64,000 bases of DNA from Eledone cirrhosa (Eukaryota): positions 122,326,001 to 122,390,000 of the forward strand of contig OZ024742.1 in the NCBI GenBank assembly GCA_964016885.1, read 5' to 3'. The notes below the pieces were generated by a model that worked only from the letters and a program-made list of their open reading frames with translations, was not told the origin of the DNA and made no database searches. This document shows, piece after piece, positions 51,211 to 64,000 of the stretch. The first letter of the stretch is position 1; the number at the start of each line of letters is the position of its first letter. The translations under genes were made by a program, and so were the position numbers.

Positions 51211-51817
51211 GTCAGGTCACCAGTTGGTGCTACTGGTAACATGTATCGCAGTACAACCTGTCCCATGGTCGGGTCGTTGGTGGCTAAACTGGCAACCCAA
51301 ACAAGGTTTCTTGGTGAGGAGGGTGACTTTGGACATCCTGCAGGACTAAAAACAAAACCTGTCAAAGGGCAAAGGAGCTCTTAAGAGTCAATGGCCATCC
51401 ACATCACCGGGAGAGATGACCCCTTAGCCTTTGTCAAGGCAGAATTCTAGGAGAAAGAAAACTCTGATATAACACCTGCAACCCTGATGGTATCCAATGA
51501 TGTTGACTTATTCTTCTTTCTGGTAAATATCATCTTGGTTAAGAAAGTGGGACTGGCTTTGTGGAGTGCCTTTACTCACTATAAAAGCTTCACGGCACAG
51601 GCATTGCTTTATATCTGGAGATCTCTCTGCACTTTTCATCACATGGTACCATGGGCTCAGCACAATGTGTCAATAATTGTCACAAGTGTAGTGTTTGTAC
51701 CAGAGTTTTCAAGTCGCTGGCTGGACTGGGAAGTTACACTCGTTCAACGCATCGGTAGGAGTTCTCCTACATGGATATAAAGTAGTCGCCGTACTCGAAA
51801 ACGAGGTGGCAGCCACC
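51211..51817 (+). mobile_element. Second copy of the 610-bp repeat
   Basis: Colinear with 43187-43796. Confidence 0.85.
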
Positions 51818-52383
51818 ATGTATGTATGTATATATATATTTATATATATATATAGTTATTGTATGTGTGGATGTGTATGTTTTGAGTTGTATGTGTGCAT
51901 GTGTATATGCTTTGTGTCTGTACATGTGTATATGCAGTTATTAAATGCAAAATCTTTGGAATGTTTTACATATTTTTACTGTTCCATTAATGGATTGTAC
52001 TTGCAATTTCCTAACTAGTTGTGTTCTTTCTGTTGCTGTGAAGCCTAGCTTCTCAAGATTTGTATTGAGGCAGTTACTTACCCAGTGCCCCAATAATCAC
52101 AGTCATAAATCTGATATTTGTCTTCGATACATCCTTAATTTTTTTGTTGATGTTGTGTTCAGCCATGCTGTTTGTAGCAAATCCTTGTAAAATGAATTAT
52201 GTATTTAGTAGGATATCTCTACGAATTAGAATAAATGGTGTCTTCAGAAGGGATAGTTAGAAGAATAACCAGTTATTCAACCTGACTGTAGTTGTGGCAT
52301 TACTGTCGGAGATAGTATTCATCTTAAATTTAATAAATAGTCTCCCACGCCAAAATATGGGACTGATCGCGTTGACTGTCTTT

Positions 52384-52498
52384 ATGTATGTATGTATGTA
52401 TGTATGTATGTATGCATGTATGTATGTATGTATGTATGTATGTATGTATGTATGTATGTATGTATGTATGTATGTATGTATGTACGTATGTATGTATG
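52384..52498. repeat. (ATGT)n microsatellite
   Basis: Direct tetranucleotide repeat. Confidence 0.97.
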
Positions 52499-53243
52499 CG
52501 TGTGTGTGTGTGTGTCTGTGTGCGTGTGCGTGCGTGTGGGTGTCGGTGTATGTATGTATATACGTATGCAGAAATTTATATCCTGGCCAAATGTATACTG
52601 CTACACAACCGTTATTGTCTCCCGAAAGAATGTCCCGAGTATACATGGAAACTTGACCTTTCACTTGAAACACTTTTATGCCATATATCTTTTTACTTTT
52701 TCGTAAATAAAGGTTTCGACCACAGAGTCATTATATCTCGCGACCAACATCTATCACATTTTCTGTATTTTATTTGTCCTTTGCTGGCTCATATCCAGTA
52801 CATGCATGCAATCTGCAACATCAGCAAAACAGAGTTATTATTGTTGTTGTTTGCTTTTTCTTTCCCATCCACATTCTTTTCATGACATGTCTACTTTTCA
52901 ACTGTAATTATTTGTATTTGAAAATTTATGTTTGTGTGATTGTCATAATTTTCTCTTTACTATCGTTTATATCATTTATTGTGTGTCTTTGAAACTGTAA
53001 AATGTTTTCGCAAAAGGTCATGGCACGTATATGTAATTTTTTAACATTGAAGACATGGCTCTGTGGTTATAAAGTTTACTTCGCAGTTATATGGTAACTG
53101 ATTTAGACTGAGCTTTTTTGACTAATGAACTTATATACCAGCAAGGTGACCGATGCTATATGAACGCAATTGCATAGGCCATAACTGATTTGAAACCAGT
53201 TATAAGTATATATACTTATATATATATATATATATATACATAC

Positions 53244-53443
<200 letters not shown>

Positions 53444-53599
53444 CTCTCTCTCTCTATATATATATATGTCTATATATATATATGTGTGTGTGTGTGTATA
53501 TATATATATATTTGTGTGTGTGTGTGTGTGTGCGTGCGTGTATATATATATGTATATATATATAAATACGTATATATATTTATATGATGGCTGCAAACT

Positions 53600-55166
53600 A
53601 TGCTAAGAATATTGCAATCGCCTTTCAGATCATAGAGTTTGGTGCCCTTTTTGGCTACGGCGAGCCCCACGAATCTGTGACATAACCTGAACAAGCAATG
53701 TCTGTGCTACGAAGGTTTTTTAAGTGGGGAAAGGCCTTGCACTCTCTCGAAAAAACTACCCGAAAAGGAGAACTGGTCAACATTTTCGGATGCAACCCCA
53801 AGCCGCCGGTCTTTTTTCGGGTTTCCCTCTCCTAGAAAGGTGTTGTGACAACAACTGGGGGTCTTTCACTCTGCTGAGTTCCTCCGCCCCATATATGTAT
53901 GTTTATAGAGAGAGACTTAGCATCTACCTTCAATGAGTTAGGCCTTAGGATAACAGTAGCCACCAACCTCTCTAGCGTAGATTTCTTAGACATTAAATTA
54001 GACCTTCGCACACACACCCACAGACCCTTCCATAAGCTAAACGAGAAACTTAATTACATTCACAAGGACTCATGCCACCCTCCCACTGTTTTTAGAAACT
54101 TCGTTAAGAATATCAGTACTAGAATCTCAAACCTCTCCTCTAATAAGGCTATTTTTGACAGGGCGGCAGCTTACTATAATACGGCGTTGGCTAACAGCGA
54201 CTTCTCACAACCTATCACCTACTCTCTCACTATCAACAACAGCAATAAGAAAAGAAAGCGCAACAATAGACAAACTATCTGGTCCTCTCCTCCCTTCTCA
54301 CTCAACGTTAAAACCAATGTAGGAAAACAATTTCTAGCCCTCTTAGATAGGTTATAAATACCGCTCCATCTTTAACCGACACAAAGTAAAACTAGGATAC
54401 TCCTGCGCTAAGAACATGACGGCCCACGTCACCAGCAGCCCTAGGAGCAACACCCCACCAGGGTGCTCTTGCCGTAAGCCTGAAGCTAGCCCCCTTCAAC
54501 AGCAATGCAACACACCAGTTGTAATCTATGAAGCTGTGGTCACTTCCAACCGACCAAACGAACCACAGGAGGTCAAATCCTATGTGGGCATTGCGGAGGG
54601 CCGATTCAAGGAGCGTTTCCTGAACCACCAGTCTACCTTCAGATACCCGGACAGACGTTCATCCACAAAACTCGCGAGCCACGTATGGTCCCTCAAGTCT
54701 CAAGTATAGGCTACGCCATTCAATGGAAAGCCATCACTAAGTCCAAGCCATACGCAAGGGGAAATCCGACGTGTGGCTTATGTATTGACGAACGGATAAC
54801 TATCCTAAAGAGATTACGCAATAGTGATTGCCTAAACACGAGAAGTGAATTTTTTTAACGTTGTCCACGCGTCACCAAACATCTATTGCATAACTACAAG
54901 GCTCCGGACTGGTTCTTTGTAATTTTATTTTTAATTTTTTTAATTTTATTTTCAACCAAAAAACTTTCCGGACTTTCGCAGTTATCTCCCTTACACCTCC
55001 CGCACGCAGTGTAGTATTGCCTGTGTGAAGTGACCGAGTTTCTGCGCATACGCGTTCGTACGGTTGTCCTTCCTGTTCCTATAACCATACACATCCCGAG
55101 CTGAAGATCCGCGAAGGTGAAACAATTGTTCTCGGTATGGTGAACTAACTGTTGTGTAACCACTTC
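53600..55166 (+). mobile_element. 5'-truncated Penelope-like element (Naiad-like) in (TA)n: RT thumb, GIY-YIG and 3' HHR
   Basis: VDFLDIKLDL...YIHKDSCHPP...WSSPPFSLNVKTNVGK, GCSCRK..PLQQQC, VIYEA...YVGIAEGRFKERFLNH, CGLC, LNTRSE; frameshifted. Confidence 0.9.
55096..55135 (+). ncRNA. Type I minimal hammerhead ribozyme in the PLE 3' region
   Basis: CCGAG-CTGAAGA-T CC GCGAA GG T-GAAAC AATT GTT-CTCGG. Stem I can extend with ACCATAC/GTATGGT. Confidence 0.8.
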
Positions 55167-55344
55167 TATATATATATATATATACGTGTGCTATTGACGC
55201 ACGCGAGATTTTATACCCAGTCCAGAAGTATTTTTTTTTATATTCTGTATTATGGTTAAGTGGTGAAATTGTTACTGTCCAGTTTGTATATAGTGGATCA
55301 TTGGACAAAACTAGTGTGCACAAGTGAAATGCCTGAATCGTAAT

Positions 55345-55727
55345 AATAATTGTTTCTACTTTTGGCACAAGGCCAGCAATCACCTAGTGCATTACTGGTA
55401 CTTTATTTTATCGACCCCGTAAGGATGAAAGGCAAAGTTAACCTCGGCAGGATTTGAACTCAGAATGGCAAGGGCCGTAACTCTATGCGTCAAAGCATCG
55501 AGTCCGACCCTCTACCGATACTGCCAATCCACCGTCTTCGTAATAATAATTGTTTCTACTTTAGGCACAAGGCCAGCAATAAACCAGTACATTACTGGTA
55601 CTTTATTTAATCGACCCCATAAGGATGAAAGGCAAAGTTAACCTAGGCAGGAATTGAACTCAGACTGTAAAGGGACGTAACTATGCTAGAAAGCATGGCG
55701 TCCAACCCTCTACCGATACGGCCAATT
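55345..55727 (-). mobile_element. Two head-to-tail SINEs
   Basis: Reverse-complement copies separated by (TAA)n. Confidence 0.9.
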
Positions 55728-55741
55728 AATAATAATGTATA

Positions 55742-56985
55742 TATTGGGTCGTTAAATATGAAATGTGTAGTGAGGCATATGGTCAACTTTTAGAGCTTCT
55801 TATTTCACATTGGCATTATATTTTGGCATCCTTTTGTTTTTGTTAGAAAGCTGCCACACATATTTCCTCTTTCTAAATCATTTTGCACTTTAAAAATATA
55901 AAAAAATCTTTTTTTATTATTCTTATTTATAGATGGAGAAGTCGGAAATTCGTACGATTAAGAAATATGAGTTCTTACGTTGAAATACAGCATCGCAGAC
56001 AGCTCGGAATATTAATGGTGTATTTTACTCTAATATTACTACACAGTAGACAGTATCTAATTGGTTTGCAAAATCTCGTTCTGGTAACTTTGACCTCACG
56101 AATGAGCCACACGATCGGCCAGAATCAAAGGTGGATAATGACGAACTGAATGTCAACGTCGACTCAGATTCATCTCAAAGTGCACATGAATTCTCGTTGA
56201 TGTTTGGTGTTAGCAAACAATATTAACTCACATAGCTGAAGTCGGTAAAGTGAAAACGTTGGATAAGTGGGTTGCACATGAACTGAATGCACAGCAGAAA
56301 CAACAACGTTTGGAAGCTTGCATGATGTTGCTTTCTCGTCACAAAAGGGATCCATTTTTTAATCGAATTGTAACGTGTGATGAGAAATGGATCCAGTACG
56401 ATAATCGTAAACGTTCAGCACAGTGGGTGTACTAGGACAAGCCACCAAAACACAGCCCAAAGTGAAATATTCATCAAAAGAAGCTGATGGTGAGTGTTTG
56501 GCCGTCTGGCGCAGGGGTTACTTATGATTTCATGTAACATGGCTCATCGATCACGGCAGAAGTATCCTGCAACCAGCTGGACCAAATGATCCAAAAACTT
56601 GCAGAAAAACAGCCTAGATTGGTCAACCGATCGTCTCTTATTCTATTGCACGACAATGCTAGACCACACACTTCACAAATCACAGTGGGAAAACTACAGG
56701 AGTAGGTGTTGGAAGTACTCCATCATCCACCATACTCACCCGATTTTGTCCCCACTGACTACCACTTCTTCCGGAATTTGGATAACTTTTTCACAGGAAA
56801 ACAATTTAATTCCGACAATGCTGTAAAACAGGCCTTCCGAGATTTCATTGACTATCGATTACCAAGCTTTTACACCACCGGACTGAACAAACAAGCGCTG
56901 AAGTGGCAAAACAGTATTGATAATATGGGAGCATACTTTGATGAATAAAACTATTCCTTGTATTTATAAAGCAAAATGGGTCGAC
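55742..56985 (+). mobile_element. Mariner (DD34D) transposon, pseudogenised transposase 55933-56948
   Basis: WVAHEL, IVTCDEKWIQYDN, LLHDNARPH and HPPYSPDFVPTDYHFF. The right TIR was not found. Confidence 0.92.
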
Positions 56986-56989
56986 AAAA

Positions 56990-57780
56990 TTCACAAATTT
57001 CAGGACGAGGACATGGTGCATTTCATCTGTGAAGTGGCTGAGGGCATTGTGCAGAGAGTCATTAATGACGATCTGAACATTCACAAAGTTTGTTCTCAGG
57101 GAGATCAATGAAGAGGCGCGTTTATGATATTAGTAAATGGTTGAGGGGATCGCCTAGAATCCTTGTGTTCCTGAATCTCTGGTAACCTGTGACGAAAACT
57201 GGGTCCACTTTTATGGTCCTCAGACCAAGGGACAGAGTGTCCAGTGAAAACATTCTGACTCCCTAAGACCCAAGAAGGCCAGGCAAAGCAGGGCCACTGG
57301 GAAGCTTCTAAATCCACTGGGTCTCCCGCGGTGAAACAGTCAACAAGGAGTACTATGCAGAGGATTATAGGCAGTTCAGAAAGAGATTTCGTTGCAAGAG
57401 ACCTGAATTCTTCAAGTCTGGTCAGTGACACCAGCACCAGGACAATAGGTTCTGACACAAAGCCACCTTAGTGACCAACTACATGGCCAATATGAGGATG
57501 AAGACTGCGACTCATTCTCCCTACAATCCAGACAGCTCCATGTGACGTCGGGTTGTTCTCGAAGCTGAAGGAGAAGCTCAGAAGTTTCCGTTTTGAGAAT
57601 GTGGAGGAGATAAAGGAGGCTATAACAAGTGCCTTGGACACTTTCACTACAAGGTGGCCTTCCAGAAGTGGCTGCAACGCTCTAACAAATTTATTAACGT
57701 TGAATGTTCGTACTTTGAGCTTTTTATTGATATGAACTTTTTAAAAATGTATCTTTGATAAAAGTCACACAAACTCTCTA
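56990..57780 (+). mobile_element. Second, different mariner remnant (3' part)
   Basis: VTCDENWVHFYGPQTKGQS, HSPYNPD-like motif, LFSKLKEKLRSFRFENVEEIK. Confidence 0.7.
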
Positions 57781-57849
57781 TATATAATGAACGTGACTCC
57801 AAAGAGAAAACAGACTGAATATACCTAGCCTGCGCGCAAGACTGATGTG

Positions 57850-59500
57850 ACCTGACACATATAAAAGATCAACTACTATAAAATACTATTTGGAGTGGAA
57901 AATACCTAACAACAAACAGAGAAAGATTGATAAATATAATAAAAACATGAAAACCAACCCCTAAAACGTTTTTCTATAATCAACGAAGGCGTAAAAACGA
58001 TTGTGAAGGTGAAACAAAAACAAAATCAAACAACCTAGGGTCAATATCCCGCATGATACGTCAGAAATAATGAAAGACACAATGAAAGACACAATGAAAG
58101 ACACAATGAAAGTCAATGAAGCCCAAGAACTCCTGAATAAAGGCAAAGACGGAAGAACTGATCTCGCTGTAGAAGAAAAATATCAGGCAACATATAACTA
58201 TTAGAACAAAATAATAAAAATGGATCCTAAGTATGAAATGTAGAACGTGCAACAAGCACAATGAGATTGATGATCTTTTCTTGCAAAGTCCTCTTCGTTT
58301 CCAGACCCCAATATGAAAATAGACGGTACCAGACAACAAACACACAATAATCTGGGACATGTCGATCAAATCTGAAAAGAAATCATGGAAATATTCCAGG
58401 TATAATACAAATGACTGAAAATAAAAACCATACACACTGATAAATACCGAGATTGTTTCTAAATAAAACCTTGCCCGAAAAAGTGGAAACACTGTCAAAA
58501 GGAAAGGAACTTGAAACTGAAACATACAAGATATACGACAAGATGTAGATACATGTACTCAAAATGTGATTACTGTGTGTGGAACAACACTAATGATAAC
58601 ACTGCGAAGCGGGTAATTTTGATACACAATCAAAATGTCAATCCCCGAATACGTATCACTAAAACAAGTGCCTTATGCTACTACCTAAATATTATGAAAT
58701 AATCAACGTAGGAATACAAAAAATACATAATGCGGGATAATGGACACTTAATGCATATAACAACAAAAATAAAACAAAAAATAAAATGGACGAAATAAAC
58801 GAAAATTATTTTGTCTTCAAAGAAGCCAAACAATAAGAGGCAGAAACTGAAATGACAGACCATTATGAAAAGAATGAATCGGAAAAAACAACAGAAATTG
58901 CAAAAAGGCTAAAATCTATGCTAAAAGCAAATTTCTGGGAGACTATCATAAACCGTTCGGAGGAAAAAAGCAGCCTAGAGGTAAATTCTCAAAAAAGCTG
59001 AATAGATAGAAAGAAGAAAAAGCGAACTCACAATATTAACTCCTAAACACAAATTCAAGGACTCCCTACTAGAAACCACCAAAGGTTATTATAAGTAAAA
59101 TACATTACGTAACTCCATGTATATTCGGAGATGGATAAGAAATAATTAGCCTCATTGTGTGTCTACCCAGGCAATAACATTTTATTCATCGCCCTTATAG
59201 AGTTGAGTTTTCTATATATTGAAAGGAATGTCATTATTATGAAATGTTAACAGAAAAATGTTGGGATACACGTATATTGACAACAATGTTCCGGGATATT
59301 CCAATAGAAAATGGTATGGAGATTACCTCTAATCGATCAGATTTTGTAGTTAAACGCCTCTAGGAAAAGAAACCGATGTATCAATTCCAAGACAAGACAA
59401 TACATCTCTAAAATATATGATCCAAATATAACAATGTGAAATTAATTAGAGGTGCTCTGGGAATCTAAAAACCCCAGTATTTTTCAGATATATAAAACCT
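57850..59500 (+). mobile_element. Very decayed RLE-type LINE remnants
   Basis: IIWDMSIKSEK, SNRSDFVVK and LIRGALG resemble RLE motifs; no continuous frame. Confidence 0.4.
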
Positions 59501-61574
59501 AGAAAACATAGCTAGATGCAAAAATGAAAACAGTTGAACCGAGTTGTAAAGGAAAACAAATCTCCATCAGCTGTTTAATCAAAGGGACAGACAATTTGTA
59601 ACGATAACGTGCAATTGGCTGAGCTCAGTCACGAGTAACATCAACATACTTCACAAGTCGATTCAACATTGGAGTATGCAGGAAAAGTAGGGCATTTCGC
59701 ATTACAGTAAAGCCAATCCGAATCACTTCGAAACTGTTTCAGTCTTTTCAATTTCAATGACAAATATCCAATCCACCGCACGATGGATTAAATAATGAGT
59801 GCTGAGGATGCCACGCAGTAAGATCGAACACCTGGCATAAAGATAGGGACGATAAAATTACAACAAGCTCAACAAATATGAAATCAAACGAGGAAAACAT
59901 CAAAGGATATATTTGTATGCATCACGTTAATCTATTAGTGAAACGTTATTGTTCTCATTTAGTGTAAATATTTTATTGCAAGTGTCTGAACTCAATGACC
60001 GATTAGCACCAAGTCTAAATACATTAATGGCGCACAAGTGAAATCACTCACAGACATGTTCATTCCACCACGCTAAAAAACCAATACAATACAATACAAA
60101 TGAAAATCATACATGTTTAACAATCTTGTTAAATGTTTTTGGTCGAATGGTCAATAATTTGTGTATGAAAATCTCCGTAACATTAAAATCAAATATGCTG
60201 ATATTTTGTGTAAGGTTGGTCAAAAGGCCTCAAGTGCTTTGAATAAAATAATTCACGTATGAGTATTGACAAAAAGAATGATAATTCAGAGATTTTTCCC
60301 GATAAATAGAGATTGATAAGTAAGTAATAAAACTAAGCAGGAAATAAACCTAGATTAAAATTAAATATGTATGCCATCAGTTTAGCTAATTCAAGAATAT
60401 ACTATTTCAAAATAATTAAATAAATACATAACTAAAACGTTAGAAAAATTAAATAATGGTTTTTGATGTAGGCACAAGGCCAGCACCTTTTGGAGAAGGT
60501 AAAGTCGATTAAATAAACCTAAGTAGATTACTGGTACTAATGAAAACAACGAACAAATAACAAAATTACAAAAAAAAAAGAAGAATAACACTAATTTCAT
60601 TAACCATGACGATAAAAATAAAACATAGCGAAATATATAAAATCTTCTTCGTATTATTATTGTTCCGAAGATGGTCATGGGGGCAGGCTCCTCAGACACG
60701 CCTTCAAGAGGTCCATATCATAAGCAACTGCCTCTGAATTATTCGGCTGGATCCCTAAGCGAGACAATTCGAAGCAATTGAAATACATACCATTTGGCAT
60801 ATACAAACAAATTCTAGAATGCTTACAAAACTTTAGCTACTAAAAGCCAAACCAAAACAAAGCAACGGAAAATAGGAATGAAATGAAATGGAAATAGTTA
60901 TATAGTAAAATCTGTATACAATCCTCTTATGGACAAACGAAAAATCATCCGAAATGGTAAGCCCTATTATTCTGAAGAATAGACAGAATGAATTAAAACC
61001 AAAACCAAAACTATATAGAAGTCTATAAAGTATAGGCCTAAAGATTACACATACTGAAATGCAATAACATATGAGGAAAATGTAAACACAAACCCTCTTC
61101 CATTAGAAAAGAATGAATGCTGAACAGAATTTTGACGTTGGAAACAGCAATTATTGATCTGCTGTGTCATACCCAAAGACTATAGAAGGAGAAAATGATC
61201 GAAGCATAGTGTAAATTGACAACATACAAGCTTTGTATTGGAATCCTTATTTCCGGGAAACATCGAGCCTGTCTCAAGTAAAAGTCTGTCTCATCAGGGC
61301 AGTGTTTATCCCGGTTTTCGTGGCGTGAAGCGTCTGAGAGTGAATGAATCCAACCGAACAGAACGCCAGTCTATTGCTGAGTTAAGACCCCAGCTATTGC
61401 TGGTACACAATTTCAACAGAGTATAATGATGAAACTTGAAATGAAATGTTTTGATCAAGAAAACAACACACAACTCAATCCGGGAATCGAACCCATGACA
61501 TTATGATCGTAGGTCCAACACTCTTACTAGTACGCCACATGCCTGTACATGACTAAAGTAGCACTAGTAAAGGT

Positions 61575-61762
61575 TTCTTATATAGGCACAAGGCCAACAA
61601 TTTTGAGGGAGGGGAAAGTCGATTTAATCGACCCCAGTGAGTGACTGGTACTTTATTTTATCGACTCCGTAAGATTGAAAGGCAAATTTAACTTCGGCTG
61701 GATAACTCAATACTGTAAAGCATGGCGTCCGACCCTCTACCGACACTGCCAATCCACCGCTC
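61575..61762 (-). mobile_element. SINE
   Basis: Reverse-complement head, central domain and tail. Confidence 0.85.
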
Positions 61763-61904
61763 TTTAAAGTAACACTAATAATAACAAGGTGCATCTAACA
61801 TGACATTACTAACTGGCAACCTACTCTACAAAATCAAAAGAAAATTTTAAAATACATCCAGTCCTTACAAGGACAGAGTTATTCCAACTGATTTTCTCTC
61901 TCTC

Positions 61905-61959
<55 letters not shown>

Positions 61960-62638
61960 TTCTCCCTCTCTCCAGATACAAGTTTCTATCAGGCATTACA
62001 GTTTTTAGGGATGATTTATTCCAATTATCATCTGGGTAAAAGACCTATGGAGAGGACTGGCACCATATCTTAAATACGGCTTGCCTTACGATTAAGATAC
62101 ATATATCAACGAACTAGAAACACAGAGGTCTACTGCTGTAATAGACGAATTCATATGAAATATCGGTTTAGCATAATACACCAACGCAAGATGGAACAGA
62201 AAAAAAATAATGAACACCTCCAATGTCTTGTAGATAAGGAAACAGAGATAAAAGTATTGCGTCAAAGCCAGAGAAAAAATGTGGAATTAATGATCAAGAT
62301 TAGGTGGTACTCATTGCTGAATTAATAAGTAAACAGACACGAAAGAAAATATTAGGAAGGAATATCATTCAATTCATTAGATTAAGACGTAACATAGTCT
62401 AATTTAAGTAATATAAATTAATAGACATTACTCATACAGATGTTCCTGCAATACCTTACAACAACAGTAGTCTCAATTAGGTGGAACATAAATTAGCTAG
62501 AATACAGAATAGCAGGAAAAGGTAACACTGCATTTAAAATAAACTACTCACAATCATAACGATACACCGGATATAGTGACGTTAGGGCCTTCTGCATCTA
62601 GAATATTACCATCAAATATGCAACACAGGACTACATTA

Positions 62639-62738
<100 letters not shown>

Positions 62739-63183
62739 TACATATATCTCTAACGTATGAACACCACAAAGGTCTGAAGCTCTCGGGAGAGATGGACAGT
62801 AGAAGTTCTTCAGATAATAAAACTCGCTCAAGCAAGTGTTTCAGCCCTTAATGTCTACGCACTCTAAGTGGGCCGGGCCACATCCAGGTCATAGCATCCA
62901 TAAAATGCAGTTGTTAATCAAATCAAATTGATATAAGCAGAATTAGTGTTTGGCAAACAGCTTAAAAGACCAAACAAAGAGGCAGTGGATGCAAAGTAAT
63001 TTCAATACTAGCTGAGATGAGAAGTGTTTTGTTGTAGAACACCAAAATCATTCCTTTATAAAGTAGTAACATCTACAACAAAGCAAAATATATGTAATTA
63101 CTTAATATAAGGGAATTGTGAAGAAATATTCTACGATATTCTTATGACAAGAACACAATTTCGGTTGAAGAAGGTTGCGAAGT

Positions 63184-63250
63184 AGAACTATATGAGAAGC
63201 TATATGAGCAGAACTATATGAGAACTATATGAGCAGAACTATATGAGAAT
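63184..63250. repeat. Short tandem repeat of (GC)AGAACTATATG(A) units
   Basis: About five imperfect units. Confidence 0.8.
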
Positions 63251-64000
63251 CTTTATACCATACATTCTTAGTATCGTATATTAATTTTTCTTCTTCCTAT
63301 ACGTCTTTTAATAATGTCGTTCAGAGCAGCGCGTTGAGGGAATATTCCCGTATTATGACAAGACTGTGGATGTAGGTGAAACTCCTTACAGAATTCCATA
63401 GCGGGTTTTCTGTTACGTGTATCTTTTCAGCTCAAGCCGCCGAGAGCACCAACCGGTATGCAGACATCGACGAAGAAAAAAATAGTGAATAGAATCTACT
63501 CAGTTGTTTGCTTACGAAGCTGTCGAAATATAGGTGAGGCGGTGTGGTCGAGGGAGGGCCCAATTCTAATGTAGGATGAGCTGTATATAATATTGTTCCA
63601 TTTGCTTTGGTCCGTATCATACAGAGTTACAGAGAAATCGTTACTAAACCGGATTACCAATGCCATCTTCGTTTGTTGATACACATTTAGCTCGGCTATG
63701 TTTTGGAGGATATCATAAACGCTAGTAGGATTGTGAATGATAGAGAAATATGGACTGACAATGCCATGTCAGAAGTGGCAGAGGATAAACAAAAAAAATC
63801 AAAAGATTTTTTAGACTACTATATAGACTACTAATAGCTACTATAAAACATATTCTACGAATTTATTAAATTCTCCGTTTCTTAGAAATATTGGATACGC
63901 ATCTATGCCGTGTAGTTTAGTGATTTAGCAAATAATAATCTATTAAATAAATATCTGAATCAAATTAATACTGGAGCCTATATGATGACTTAGGATTCTC

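Noticed and set aside
54416-54900. Possible selenocysteine (in-frame TGA) as reported for some Naiad PLEs
   Set aside because: The Cys positions read here are TGC/TGT (one AGC); no in-frame TGA at those sites.

Overview
AT-rich eukaryotic (animal) genomic DNA. The tRNA-derived SINE family and dense (TA)n tracts suggest a cephalopod mollusc such as Octopus; this is inference. No host gene can be confidently called, and nearly all short ORFs are microsatellite or antisense artefacts. The window consists mostly of decayed transposable elements: two full-length but disrupted Tx1/L1-type LINEs in (ATT)n, further Tx1 fragments, R4/Dong-type RLE LINE fragments, RTE LINEs, Naiad-like Penelope elements (PLEs), a Chapaev3-like DNA transposon, mariner remnants and about 20 SINEs. 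The most striking signal is a recurring set of small non-coding elements inside (TA)n tracts. They are built either as fold-back hairpin plus short unpaired tail, or as a partial tandem, and several carry minimal type I hammerhead ribozyme (HHR) cores. They look like non-autonomous PLE or retrozyme insertions made by hairpin-primed copying. A second niche, (ATT/TAA)n, hosts Tx1, R4/Dong and SINE insertions stacked on one another. All alignments and folds were done by eye, so boundaries of decayed elements are approximate.
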